IMG/VR virus record: IMGVR_UViG_2711768071_000021
Direction: 5' to 3' (one strand)
Length of the DNA stretch: 33,559 bases
Source of the DNA: a virus
Lineage: Duplodnaviria; Heunggongvirae; Uroviricota; Caudoviricetes
In this document: one piece after another, positions 1 to 13,320 of the stretch
Numbering within the stretch: position 1 is the first letter of the stretch
Layout of the letters: the number at the start of each line of letters is the position of its first letter
Notes under the pieces: model-generated
Told to the model about the DNA's origin: nothing
What the model saw: the letters and a program-made list of their open reading frames with translations, nothing else
Database searches by the model: none
Translations under genes and position numbers: made by a program

Positions 1-1209
1 TTACAGACTTCTGGACGGTTGCGCAGCTCTTACAACATGTGGTTGATCTTCTGCGGCGTCTTCCAGCGCACTTAAATCACGGTCTTTCACTTCTGGCATT
101 TTCAGCGCAGAGATTAAACCAATCACAGAATATGCCATGATCATAATGGCGATCGGATACCAGGATTCCGTCATGGTGCAGAAAATCCCCGCCAGGATAG
201 GACCAAAACCGGAAGCGATAAGACCACCAATTTCTTTAGAAATAGCCATCCGGGTAAAGCGGTTTTTACAGCCGAACATTTCTGCCATGGTAATGTTTTC
301 CAGAGCAAATAATCCCAGCACCGCACAGTTATGAATCACAATCAGTGCAACCATAATGGTGCTCGGGGCATAGCTTTTATCTACGATGATAGAAAGCATT
401 GGCCACGCCAGCACAATCGCAGAGGTATTCATAATAATATACGGGATCCGGCGACCTATTTTATCGGATAACCAACCAAGGAACGGAATGGTCATAAAGC
501 CGAGAATCGAACTGATCATCAATGCATCTGTTGGAATTGCTTTGTTAAACAATAACGTCTGCACTAAATAGCCTGCAAGAAAAGTCTGAATTAAACCTGA
601 GTTACCAGCCTGACCAAAACGCAGCCCTGTTGCCAGCCAGAAGGATTTGCTCTGGAACATGCTACCAGCAGGTGCAGGTTTTGCTGTCGGTTGGTTGCTG
701 TCGTTAACCTTCTCAAAGACCGGGCTTTCTTTCAGATTCATACGCAACCAGATAGCAAAGACCATCACGACAACGCTCGCCAGGAAAGGTATACGCCATC
801 CCCACGCCAGCAGTTCCTCTTTACTGAGAATGAAGAACATAAAGGCCCAGATTGCCGTTGCGCTCAAGGTTCCGCAGTTAGTCCCCATAGCAACAAATGA
901 GGAGATAATTCCGCGCTTACCTTTTGGCGCATATTCCGCCAGCATCGTACCGGCACCGGAAATTTCCGCACCTGCACCCAACCCCTGAATAATACGCAGC
1001 GTCACCAGCAAGATGGGGGCAAAAACACCAATCTGTGCATAGGTCGGTAACACACCAATTAAGGTGGTACAGATCCCCATCATGGTGATGGTAATAAAGA
1101 GCACTTTTTTACGCCCTATTCTGTCGCCCATTTTGCCGAAAATAAATGCTCCGACAATACGTGCCACATAACCTGCACCATAGGTTCCCATTGCCAGAAT
1201 TAACGCCAT
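1..1209 (-). pseudogene. ydfJ: MFS transporter (metabolite:H+ symporter family), 5'-truncated fragment; ydfJ-like host gene interrupted by the prophage
   Basis: 402-aa ORF with multiple hydrophobic helices and the MFS motif GKMGDRIGRKKV only ~30 residues from the N-terminus, so roughly the first transmembrane helix is missing. An in-frame stop lies 5 codons upstream of the first ATG. Phage genes begin immediately beyond. Confidence 0.75.
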
Positions 1210-1886
1210 TGCCGTTGATGATTCAGGAAAAATATTTCATGAAACACTAACGCTGCGCCGAGCGAATATAACTGGAAATCCATAATTCACAGGTGTTTTT
1301 TCCCATCCTGTGGTTTCCTTGGCGTTTTCTAGGTTTTTTCAGATAGTTGCATTTTTTAAAAAGCATCCTAAGTTCGATCTCAGTGTCTATCTGGGGCCTA
1401 TTTCTGTCCCATATATGCCCCAAAAAAACTCCCCAACAGATAAGTAGTTTTTTCATGGATTTATGCGTAAAATCAAGAACGGCTGGAAATCATTCAATAC
1501 TCACACTATCGAAAAATTTACCAGCCAACCGCAGCACGTTCTTGCATAAGGCGTGTCTGCGGTTTTTCAACTATTCAGATACATCACTCCCATCACATTC
1601 ATTCCTCCGCATCAAAGGCATATAGGCTATATCACCTTGATATTTTTCTTCTTCAGATAAAAACTGTTATCTATGTATACTTTTAAACCCAATCCGTGTA
1701 GAGTCTCTGCATAAGATAGTTTGCAGTTGCCGCTTCAGCTTGCGCCATAAACCGCCTGATTTTTGCTGCCACCTGTTAGCATTCCTGTATACCTGAAACG
1801 ACAATGTTTATCTACGAACTTTAAGAACACCCAAGATAAAAATTGTCAACTATATCATATATAACACATTACTAATTCGAGGCTAT

Positions 1887-2000
1887 ATGAACAGCATACT
1901 GATAATCACTTCTCTCCTTATCATATTCAGCATTTTTAGTCATGCCCTAATAAAATTAGGGATTGGCATATCCAATAACCCAGACAAAACCGATGTATAA
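1887..2000 (+). CDS. Hypothetical small hydrophobic protein (37 aa, [37 protein letters not shown])
   Basis: ATG preceded by GAGG about 5 nt upstream; single predicted transmembrane segment; lies in the AT-rich leader region upstream of ydfK. Below the ORF-track size cutoff; speculative. Confidence 0.25.
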
Positions 2001-2068
2001 GCCAACATATCCTGAATCAGACATACAATATCGCAATGAAAATCAATAATATTTTAAGGAATATCTTC

Positions 2069-2302
2069 ATGAAATCAAAAGACACCCTAAAGTGGTTCCC
2101 TGCGCAGCTTCCTGAAGTAAGAATTATCCTAGGGGATGCTGTAGTGGAAGTAGCAAAACAGGGAAGACCTATCAATACCAGAACATTGCTTGATTACATT
2201 GAAGGAAACATAAAGAAAAAATCATGGCTGGATAACAAAGAATTATTACAAACAGCGATATCAGTTCTTAAAGACAACCAAAATTTAAATGGTAAAATGT
2301 AA
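2069..2302 (+). CDS. ydfK: YdfK/YnaE-family small protein (prophage-borne, cold-shock associated)
   Basis: Translation MKSKDTLKWFPAQLPEVRIILGDAVVEVAKQGRPINTRTLLDYIEGNIKKKSWLDNKELLQTAISVLKDNQNLNGKM matches my memory of YdfK; internal ATG at 2069 has AAGGA about 9 nt upstream (track ORF starts at 2036). Confidence 0.8.
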   Translation: MKSKDTLKWFPAQLPEVRIILGDAVVEVAKQGRPINTRTLLDYIEGNIKKKSWLDNKELLQTAISVLKDNQNLNGKM

Positions 2303-2618
2303 TATAATAAACTTACTTTTTTATCATTTTTCCACTTTAACAACATTTTGCTCCACTTTTCCACGACCAAACAACTTGAAATCTGGTTAAAATAACACGC
2401 AACACTATTCTTCTTCCTTGAGTCCGCCCGGAACTCGAAAAACAAACCGAGTTAAAGCCATTTTTCACAAAATCGATTTTGGGTCTCACCAAAATTACGG
2501 GGTTGCATACGCATTCGTTTATTTTCGAACGTGTACATACAAATATGTACAAAAATAATCAAAATTATTTTCTGAGATGCATTATGATATGAACACCGAT
2601 TTCGTATAGAATCTCACT

Positions 2619-3209
2619 ATGTCTCGAATTTTTGCTTACTGTCGGATATCAACGCTGGATCAGACCACCGAAAATCAACGCCGGGAAATCGAAAGTGCAG
2701 GTTTTAAAATCAAACCTCAGCAAATAATCGAAGAACACATTAGCGGCTCAGCAGCAACCAGTGAGCGTCCTGGTTTTAACCGGTTGCTTGCTCGCCTGAA
2801 ATGTGGTGATCAATTGATTGTGACAAAACTGGATCGCCTTGGTTGTAATGCAATGGATATCAGGAAAACAGTGGAACAACTGACCGAAACAGGTATCAGA
2901 GTGCATTGCTTAGCATTGGGGGGCATTGACCTGACCAGTCCAACAGGAAAAATGATGATGCAAGTAATTTCAGCAGTCGCTGAATTTGAACGAGACCTTT
3001 TACTTGAACGCACTCATTCCGGGATAGTAAGAGCCCGCGGCGCAGGGAAACGTTTTGGTCGACCACCTGTGTTAAATGAAGAACAGAAACAGGTGGTATT
3101 CGAACGAATTAAGTCAGGTGTAAGTATAAGTGCCATTGCCCGGGAATTCAAAACCTCGCGGCAAACCATTTTAAGAGCCAAAGCAAAACTTCAGACACCT
3201 GACATATAA
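2619..3209 (+). CDS. pin: Serine recombinase, DNA invertase Pin (Hin/Gin/Cin family)
   Basis: 196 aa; N-terminal resolvase catalytic motif (YCRISTLDQ), C-terminal helix-turn-helix; convergent with tfa as in Rac/Qin/e14 tail-fiber inversion modules. Confidence 0.92.
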
Positions 3210-3306
3210 AAAATAATCTCGGTGTGAGATGCTTTACGTCTTCCAAGCCCCCTTCCTTGCCGTAAATGGAAAGATACATCTAATTATAGAATTTATATGT
3301 TTTACC

Positions 3307-3882
3307 CTACGGCAGTGCTGGCCATTCAATATCCTGTGCAGTTGACGTATCAACACGGTTCAGCAATACCCGATACTTTTTCCATGCTTCCAGCAACGAG
3401 ATTTCTTCCTCCGTTGCAATTTCCAGATCTGCAGCATCCTGAAGCGGCGCAATATGCTCACTGGCTACCTGCATCAGGTTGTTTTTTGTTTCTTCCGCCT
3501 CCCGGATCCGGAACAGTTTTTCTGCTTCCGTATCCTTCACCCAGGCTGTGCCGTTCCACTTCTGAAACTCCCCTTCCGGGGATAACCAGGTGACATTTTC
3601 CGGTAATGGGCCAAGTTCAGAAATAAATAACGCGTCGCCGGAAGCCACGTCATAGACGGTTTTACCCCGATGATCTTCAACGAGATGCCACGATGCCTCA
3701 TCACTGTTGAAAACAGCCACGAAGCCAGCCGGAATATCTGGCGGTGCAATATAGGAACTGTTTGCTGGCAGACCTGTATGAGGCGGAATATATGCGTCAC
3801 CTTCACCAATAAATTCATTAGTTCCTGCCAGCAGATTATAAATTTTTATGGTCCGTGGTTGTTCACTCATTCTGAATGCCAT
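3307..3882 (-). CDS. tfa: Tail fiber assembly protein Tfa
   Basis: 191 aa beginning [24 protein letters not shown], lambda Tfa-like; start overlaps the stf stop by 1 nt. Confidence 0.9.
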   Translation of the reverse strand: MAFRMSEQPRTIKIYNLLAGTNEFIGEGDAYIPPHTGLPANSSYIAPPDIPAGFVAVFNSDEASWHLVEDHRGKTVYDVASGDALFISELGPLPENVTWLSPEGEFQKWNGTAWVKDTEAEKLFRIREAEETKNNLMQVASEHIAPLQDAADLEIATEEEISLLEAWKKYRVLLNRVDTSTAQDIEWPALP

Positions 3883-6797
3883 TATGCAAGCCTCACAATG
3901 TAGTTAAATGCGATGTTTTTGACAGTGTTTTCCGCGTTACCAGCAGCGTTAACGGTGATGGTGTGTCCATGTGAGCCAATCGCAACAGAGTGCGTATGAG
4001 CACCAATACCGACAGTATGTGCGTGAGCACCTGCAGATGCAGCTGTGCCGCTGACACTATGAGTGTGCGCTCCTGCAGCACTTGTATTCACACTGGCCGC
4101 AGACACTACCTTATGTACTGACCCATTTTGTGACCACTGGCTGACTGCTGATGCGCCTGTGACACTATGAGTATGGTTTCCGGCACTTGCGGCTGTACCG
4201 CTCACACTGTGCGTATGCGCCCCGGTGTTATTCGTGGATTTAGTGCCGTAATCAAACGACGATGTGGTTTTCGTCCCCAAATCCGTACTGGATGCACTGG
4301 CGCTGTGGGTGTGCGATTTAATGCCGTCCTGTTCCTGAGATAATACGGCCCGACCACTGGCAGGTTTGCCCTTAATCGTCCAGCCACGCATATCAGGGAT
4401 CACGCCTGACGGATAAGCGGTTGCAAGTTTCGGGTAAGCGGATTTGTCAAAAGTCTGCCCCTGCATCAGGGCATAACCAGACGGAACGGTATCTGATGGC
4501 CACGGGATTGGTGCGCCAGGCGGATAAAACTGCTCTGATGGCGTATAGAGTGAATAAACTGTACCGTCCGTTAACCCTTCCGGCTTATTAGCAGAATATG
4601 CTGGTGACGTATGAATAGTCACGCTGGCATTACTGGTATAATCCCATTGAATATTTACACCAGTCGCATAATTTCCGATTGCAACGTAAATATCGTAAGT
4701 ATCACCAGATGTATTGACCCAGGCAAAATTTGTAAACCCTGTCGATGTGCGCTGCCATAAAGCACCAGTAATCCCCTTCGGATTACCATTACCTGCACGC
4801 AAAACAAGTTCAGATATACCTGCCTGTTGAGGTGACCCCACGTTAAATCCCGCGCCACCAATCAACGTAATTGAAACAACAGAACTCGCCTGTGGCATGG
4901 TTACCGTTGCTAATTTGAACCAACCAGCACCACCGCTGAAGGACATTGTTGTTGAGTTAAGCGTACCAATATCTTTCGGCGTCAGTGTTATATCCGCTGA
5001 AAGCGCCTTACCATTCACCTTACGGGCAGAAGGTACCCGACCATTCGCATTATCATTAGCTGCTTTCACTGCTTTCGGTGTCGCGGCAAGCGTTTCAGAT
5101 GCGCTGTTGGTTGCACTACTGAGCTGGACAATTCCTTTTTGTGCTGTCGTAGCGTCCTGAGCAGTATATTTCCCGTTAGCAAGGTCATAGGCTGCCTTTA
5201 CCGACTTTGGCGTTGCTGCCAGCATTTCAGATGTGCTGTTGGTCGCGCTGCTGAGCTGAACTATCCCTTTCTGTGCTGTCGTTGCATCCTGTGCGGTGTA
5301 TTTCCCGTTAGCCAGCTCATACGCGGCCTTAACGGCTTTTGGCGTTGCCGCCAGTGACTCGGAAGTGCTGTTAGTCGCACTGCTGAGCTGTACTATCCCC
5401 TTTTTCGTCGTGCTCGCATCCTCAAGCGCCACGGCGGATGCAATATCCTCTGCCCGTTTTGCCGCTGTCTCGGCGCGCGTTGCCGCGGATTCCGCCGTAC
5501 TTTTGCTCTGAGCTGCCGCCGTCGCACTGCCAGCTGCCTCTGTCGCCTTCGTGGATGCCGTCGTGGCGCTGCCCTTTGCTGCTGACGCCTGTCTGGTCGC
5601 CTCATCTTTTGAAGCAGACGCAGATGATGCCGATGACGCCGCCGAACTGGCGGACGATGCGGCAGCCGTTTTTGAGGATTCTGCGCTGGTTTCCGACGCT
5701 TTCGCGTTCGTCTCGGATGTCTTCGCTGCGGAAGCAGACCTCGCTGCTGCGCTGGCCTGTTCAGTGGCTTCGCCAGCCTTCGTTGTGGCTGTTGAAGCGG
5801 ACGATGCGGCGCTTTCTGCCGATTTTCCGGCAGCGGTGGCACTGGCTGAGGCCTGCCCGGCACTTGTTGACGCGGCACTGGCAGACGACGCAGCCGCTGT
5901 TTTTGAGCCTGCCGCAGCTGAGGCGCTCTGTCCCGCTGCCGTCTCAGAAGACCTGGCGTTCGTCTCGGACGTTTTTGCCGCCTTCGCGGAATTTGCTGCC
6001 GCCGTTGCCGAGGAAGCTGCGCTACTGGCGCTCGAGGATGCGTTCGTTTCTGATGATTTTGCCGCCTCTTTTGAAGCCGACGCATCCCGGGCTGAGGTGG
6101 CAGCTTCTGACGCTTTCGTGGTCGCGGTGGATGCAGAAGTGGCGGCTGATTGTTGTGACGCTGCAGCATTCGTTTCTGACGTTTTCGCGGCAGCGGCACT
6201 GGTAGCTGCCGCGCTTTTTGAGGACTCTGCAGCGGCAGCACTTTTTTCCGCTTCAGTGGCCTTTGTTGATGCCGTTCCTGCGCTGGAAGACGCTGACTGA
6301 GCCGACGAAGCGGCCTGTCCGGCTGACGTGCTGGCTGCGCGTGCTGAGCCTGCAGCATCAGTCGCACGGGTTGCCGCCTCACTGGCAGATGTGCCGGCAT
6401 CACTGGCTGACTTCTTTGCGGCTGCCGTGTTCTGTGCCACCACGGACGCGTTACGCGCCACCTCTTCCACCATCAGTTCAAAACGACGCAGTGCCTCCGG
6501 ACGGGCATCATCCTCCGTCATGGCACCGAGAAAATCATTCAGCGTACCGGGTTGAGAATCTTCATACACGGTGATGGTCCCGGCATGTGACGGCGGGAAT
6601 CCTTCCACCAACAGAATAACGCTGTACTGCCCGTACTCAACGTCCATGCTGTAACGCCCGGCTTCATCCGGATTTTCTGAGGCCAGCGTGTTCACCACCA
6701 CCGTGGTGCTGTTACGTTTTGCTTTCAGCTGGATTGTGCAGTTCTGTACCGGTTTTCCTGTGCCGTCTTTCAGTACACCTGAAATCTTTACTGCCAT
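3882..6797 (-). CDS. stf: Side tail fiber protein Stf
   Basis: Begins [26 protein letters not shown] (lambda Stf-like) at the ATG at 6797 with GGGGTG upstream; the track ORF starts 2 codons earlier at a GTG. Contains a long Ala/Ser/Thr-rich segment, three 44-aa repeats, and a C-terminal His-x-His repeat region. Confidence 0.9.
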   Translation of the reverse strand: MAVKISGVLKDGTGKPVQNCTIQLKAKRNSTTVVVNTLASENPDEAGRYSMDVEYGQYSVILLVEGFPPSHAGTITVYEDSQPGTLNDFLGAMTEDDARPEALRRFELMVEEVARNASVVAQNTAAAKKSASDAGTSASEAATRATDAAGSARAASTSAGQAASSAQSASSSAGTASTKATEAEKSAAAAESSKSAAATSAAAAKTSETNAAASQQSAATSASTATTKASEAATSARDASASKEAAKSSETNASSSASSAASSATAAANSAKAAKTSETNARSSETAAGQSASAAAGSKTAAASSASAASTSAGQASASATAAGKSAESAASSASTATTKAGEATEQASAAARSASAAKTSETNAKASETSAESSKTAAASSASSAASSASSASASKDEATRQASAAKGSATTASTKATEAAGSATAAAQSKSTAESAATRAETAAKRAEDIASAVALEDASTTKKGIVQLSSATNSTSESLAATPKAVKAAYELANGKYTAQDATTAQKGIVQLSSATNSTSEMLAATPKSVKAAYDLANGKYTAQDATTAQKGIVQLSSATNSASETLAATPKAVKAANDNANGRVPSARKVNGKALSADITLTPKDIGTLNSTTMSFSGGAGWFKLATVTMPQASSVVSITLIGGAGFNVGSPQQAGISELVLRAGNGNPKGITGALWQRTSTGFTNFAWVNTSGDTYDIYVAIGNYATGVNIQWDYTSNASVTIHTSPAYSANKPEGLTDGTVYSLYTPSEQFYPPGAPIPWPSDTVPSGYALMQGQTFDKSAYPKLATAYPSGVIPDMRGWTIKGKPASGRAVLSQEQDGIKSHTHSASASSTDLGTKTTSSFDYGTKSTNNTGAHTHSVSGTAASAGNHTHSVTGASAVSQWSQNGSVHKVVSAASVNTSAAGAHTHSVSGTAASAGAHAHTVGIGAHTHSVAIGSHGHTITVNAAGNAENTVKNIAFNYIVRLA
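5010..5406 (-). repeat. Three tandem 132-bp coding repeats inside stf (44-aa units [43 protein letters not shown])
   Basis: Repeat units seen directly in DNA, starting near 5103, 5235 and 5367 on the plus strand (period 132 nt), and in the translation. Confidence 0.85.
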
Positions 6798-6807
6798 ATT
6801 CACCCCA

Positions 6808-6835
6808 CAAAAAAGCCCGCCTGAACCGGCGGGCT
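6808..6835 (-). terminator. Intrinsic terminator downstream of lom, abutting the stf ribosome-binding site
   Basis: 8-bp GC stem AGCCCGCC / GGCGGGCT with a 6-nt loop, followed on the minus strand by a T-run. Confidence 0.6.
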
Positions 6836-6861
6836 GTCATAACACTGTGTTACCTGGCTAA

Positions 6862-7461
6862 TCAGAACTTATAACCGACACCCACGATGAAACCGTCAGT
6901 GCGCCAGTCGCCACTGCCGGAGCCTTCATAAGCAATATCAATGGCCACGGATTCGGTCGGGTTAAACTGCACGCCAGCTCCCCACGCCAGAGACGTGTTG
7001 CTGTGGCGACCGTCATCACTTCCGGTCAGCACGTCGTGCGTTTTCCCCTTGTTGTCAGTTACGCGGAGATAATCCCCGGAGAAAGTCGACACACGGCTGT
7101 AAGCCATACCCGCCATCGCATACGCGCTGAACCATTCATTCACGCGCACAGACGGCCCCACCATCACGCTGAACCAGCGGTTACGCACGGAATCTTCATG
7201 CCAGCGGGTATCGCTGTAACGGGTAAGCTGGCGATTCTTGTCTCCTGCATAGCTGAATGACGTCACCAGCCCCAGTGTGTCCGTAAACTCATAACGGTAT
7301 TTCACGTTAATCCCGTTCAGATCATCACTGCCGGGAACGTTCGTCCGGGCATGAAGATACCCCGCGCTCAGCGTGGACTGATGTTCAGACGCCCATGCAG
7401 GCGCACCGGATACGGCCAGACAAATGGCTGCGGACAAAATGGCGGCATAAAGTTTACGCAT
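6862..7461 (-). CDS. lom: Outer membrane protein Lom (Ail/Lom/PagC family beta-barrel)
   Basis: 199 aa with signal peptide ([24 protein letters not shown]) and C-terminal ...GVGYKF beta-barrel signature; sits between J and stf as in lambda. Confidence 0.9.
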
Positions 7462-7483
7462 AATTACCTCTCGCTTTTCTGCA

Positions 7484-7509
7484 ATAAAAAAGGCGTCATT
7501 TCTGACGCC
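7484..7509 (-). terminator. Intrinsic terminator downstream of J
   Basis: Hairpin GGCGTCA-tttc-TGACGCC followed by a T-run on the minus strand, immediately before the lom RBS (GAGAGG). Confidence 0.6.
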
Positions 7510-7527
7510 CGTTCTGGGTTATAAAAT

Positions 7528-10929
<3,402 letters not shown>

Positions 10930-10986
10930 TCACGCTCCATAAACGATAAAACCGCCCGGAGGCGGTTTCACATAAAACATTTTGCA

Positions 10987-11634
10987 TCAGCGACCAATCA
11001 CCACAACCTGACCACCATCCCCTTCGTCTGCCGTGCTGATCTCCTGAGAAACCACACGTGACCCCACGCGCATTTCACCGTACAGAACAGGCAGAACATT
11101 GCCCTGGGCAACCATGTTATCCAGTGAGGAGAAATAGGTGTTCTGTTTGCCGTTATCTGTACTGGCTGCCGTGGGCGTCCTGGCTTTCGGTGCCAGCATC
11201 TGCGCCACTCCGCCCAGGATCATACTGGCCCCTGCCGCATACATGCCCGATACAGCCGCGGCCCCCAGCCAGCCCACAGGGTTCCACCATGCCACCGCAA
11301 TCAGCGCCGCCCCAAGCACCACCTGAAACACACCGCCACTTTTAGCTCCCGCCAGACGCGGCACGATGTGGATCACGGCACCATTTGCCAGCGGCTCATT
11401 AAGACGGGCAGATAATTCATTTTCGCCTGCATCACGCCCGGCAATGCGCACCTGATACCAGCCCTCATTCAGTTTCTGACGAAACACCGGGAGCTGTGTG
11501 GCCAGTGCCCGGATGGCTTCAGCCCCCGTTTTCACACGAAGGTCGATACGGCGACCAAATCGTTGCAAATCCCCGTAAAGGCAGATGCGTGCCATGCCCG
11601 GTGACGCCAGAGGGAGTGTGTGCGTCGCTGCCAT
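10987..11634 (-). CDS. I: Tail assembly protein I
   Basis: 215 aa beginning MAATHTLPLASPGMARICLYGDLQRFGRRIDLRVKTGAEAIRALATQLP, lambda I-like; overlaps the 3' end of K by 103 nt. Confidence 0.9.
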   Translation of the reverse strand: MAATHTLPLASPGMARICLYGDLQRFGRRIDLRVKTGAEAIRALATQLPVFRQKLNEGWYQVRIAGRDAGENELSARLNEPLANGAVIHIVPRLAGAKSGGVFQVVLGAALIAVAWWNPVGWLGAAAVSGMYAAGASMILGGVAQMLAPKARTPTAASTDNGKQNTYFSSLDNMVAQGNVLPVLYGEMRVGSRVVSQEISTADEGDGGQVVVIGR

Positions 11635-12131
11635 TTGTCGGTGTACCTCTCTCGTTTACTCAGTTGTTCAGGAATATGGTGCAGCAGCTCGCCGTCGCCA
11701 CAGTAAATGGCGGCATGATTCGGCACCGATGAACCAAAACAGCACAGCAGCACATCGCCCGGCTGGGCCGCTGACAACGGCACCTGATACAACCCCGTTG
11801 CCTCCATATTATCCAGATAGAGATTCTGGCCGTGACGCCACCAGTCATCCCCGCGATGAAAATCCGGCATCTCAATTCCCGCCAGATGGTAAGCGTCCCG
11901 GAACAGCGTGTAACAGTCCGTCACCCCGTGCTCAAAGCGCCGCCCGGTGAGATGCGGCACACAGCGGAATTTATGAATCGCCCCCCGGCAGACCAGCCAC
12001 CACGGCAAATCACTCTGCACCTGCAGCCGCCGGTCGGCCTCACTCAGCCAGGGCAGACCACCGGGGTGGCTGTGGACCAGCGCCACAATCTCTCCCTGCA
12101 TTTCTGCACTCAGCCAGTCCTCCGGCGACAT
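11532..12131 (-). CDS. K: Tail tip assembly protein K (MPN/JAB plus NlpC/P60-like domains)
   Basis: HSHPGG (JAMM-like) motif and a C-terminal Cys/His region. Start placed at the internal ATG (199 aa) preceded by GGAGGAG; the open frame extends in-frame to 12275 (247 aa), so the start is ambiguous. Confidence 0.8.
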   Translation of the reverse strand: MSPEDWLSAEMQGEIVALVHSHPGGLPWLSEADRRLQVQSDLPWWLVCRGAIHKFRCVPHLTGRRFEHGVTDCYTLFRDAYHLAGIEMPDFHRGDDWWRHGQNLYLDNMEATGLYQVPLSAAQPGDVLLCCFGSSVPNHAAIYCGDGELLHHIPEQLSKRERYTDKWQRRTHSLWRHRAWHASAFTGICNDLVAVSTFV

Positions 12132-12280
12132 CCGGAAATACTCCTCCGGCTCACCAGAGATATTCACGCAGGGAAAATATCTTTCCCCTTCCGGCGTTCT
12201 CACCACGAAGCCGCACGACTCCGCTGGCGCACATCGCCGGGCGTGCGCCAGAATCGCTGATTCTGTCTCTGTCATGGGAT

Positions 12281-12979
12281 TTACTGCGAAAGTTTGTTAA
12301 TGGAAAGGTAGCCGCCAAAATTGCCGACGTTATTGCGGAACTTGCAACCACTCAGGCATTTGCTGCACTTATCCTTCGTGATATCGGACGTTGGCTGGTC
12401 ATATTCATCCGCGACAGCCGGGCCATCATAACCGCACTCATCGCCGCGGTAGATCCAGGTGCAGGTGTTGGCCAGCATGATGCGCCCCGGAAAAACGGCA
12501 CCATCCGTTTCCGTCGGTGTGGACAACACAAAGGAGGCACTGACCGCGCTCAGTTCGCTGCACTGCTCGATGCGCCAGCGGCTGATCACCTCCTGCTCCG
12601 GATCGGCGTCACTGTTTCCGTTGACGAAGTTCACCGCATCCAGAAAACGGGCGTAAACCTTACGCCTGACCACCGTTCCGCCGACCAGACTCTGCAGGTC
12701 TTCCGCCATCCCGGTGACCATGCCGTGCAGGTTAGAGACTTTCAGCGTTGGTCTTGCACTGGCTCCTTTGCCGTTCATCTCAAAGCCGCTTCCCTGAATA
12801 GGGTACGCCTGATACTGTCGCCCCTGCCAGGTGACCGACTCACCTTTTTCGTTCTGCTCATTACAGAAAAAATAACGTTCTCCGCCGACCTCTGTCAGAT
12901 CGACTTCCCAGAGCACGATCAGCGCGGATTGCTCCGTTTTAGTGCACTCATTGAGTGTTTCCTGCTGTATATCCTGCAT
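12281..12979 (-). CDS. L: Minor tail protein L
   Basis: 232 aa, lambda L-like, including the C-terminal Cys cluster (CSKCLSGCKFRNN); start overlaps the M stop by 1 nt. Confidence 0.9.
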   Translation of the reverse strand: MQDIQQETLNECTKTEQSALIVLWEVDLTEVGGERYFFCNEQNEKGESVTWQGRQYQAYPIQGSGFEMNGKGASARPTLKVSNLHGMVTGMAEDLQSLVGGTVVRRKVYARFLDAVNFVNGNSDADPEQEVISRWRIEQCSELSAVSASFVLSTPTETDGAVFPGRIMLANTCTWIYRGDECGYDGPAVADEYDQPTSDITKDKCSKCLSGCKFRNNVGNFGGYLSINKLSQ

Positions 12980-13320
12980 CAGTGAGTGACCTCTTCAAAG
13001 GTACAGTTAAAATCGGTATACATGGCATTATCCGAAATGCTCCACTCCCTGCAGACAACCCGGACAGTCCTGTTGTGTTTTGGCGGACGCCACAAAAAAG
13101 CACGAATCCCGGCATGACGGGATAAAAAACTGTCCAGCGCGGCACGGGAATATTCATCTGTGACACGAAATACCGGTTTAAACGTTTTCAGATCCGCATT
13201 CAGACCACCAGCCCGTCGCTGTTCATATCCGTCACCAAACTTTACCGTAATAACTGATGGCTTTCGTGTCGTCTCCATCCCCTCACGGGGGATCCAGTTA
13301 AAAACTTCAGGCTCAGGCAC
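12979..13320 (-). CDS. M: Minor tail protein M
   Basis: Contains the lambda M-like segment VKFGDGYEQRRAGGLNADLKT. Proposed GTG start at 13320 with GGAGGA 7 nt upstream, overlapping the end of the tape measure gene; the track ORF begins at a TTG at 13365, so the start is uncertain. Confidence 0.75.
   Translation of the reverse strand: MPEPEVFNWIPREGMETTRKPSVITVKFGDGYEQRRAGGLNADLKTFKPVFRVTDEYSRAALDSFLSRHAGIRAFLWRPPKHNRTVRVVCREWSISDNAMYTDFNCTFEEVTH

Noticed and set aside
1247-1625. ORFs 1247..1456 (minus) and 1347..1625 (plus) near the prophage junction
   Set aside because: Mutually overlapping on opposite strands, AT-rich, without RBS or recognisable features.
5010-5406. Possibility that the regular tandem repeats are a CRISPR array or mini-satellite
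   Set aside because: Units are 132 bp, contiguous without unique spacers, and lie in frame inside stf where they encode 44-aa fibre repeats.
5393-6403. Long ORFs on both strands inside the stf Ala/Ser-rich region (for example 336-aa Arg/Pro-rich minus-strand ORF, 255-aa and 249-aa plus-strand ORFs)
   Set aside because: They overlap the clearly genuine stf frame and arise from GC-rich repetitive codons that stay open in several frames; their composition is implausible for real proteins.
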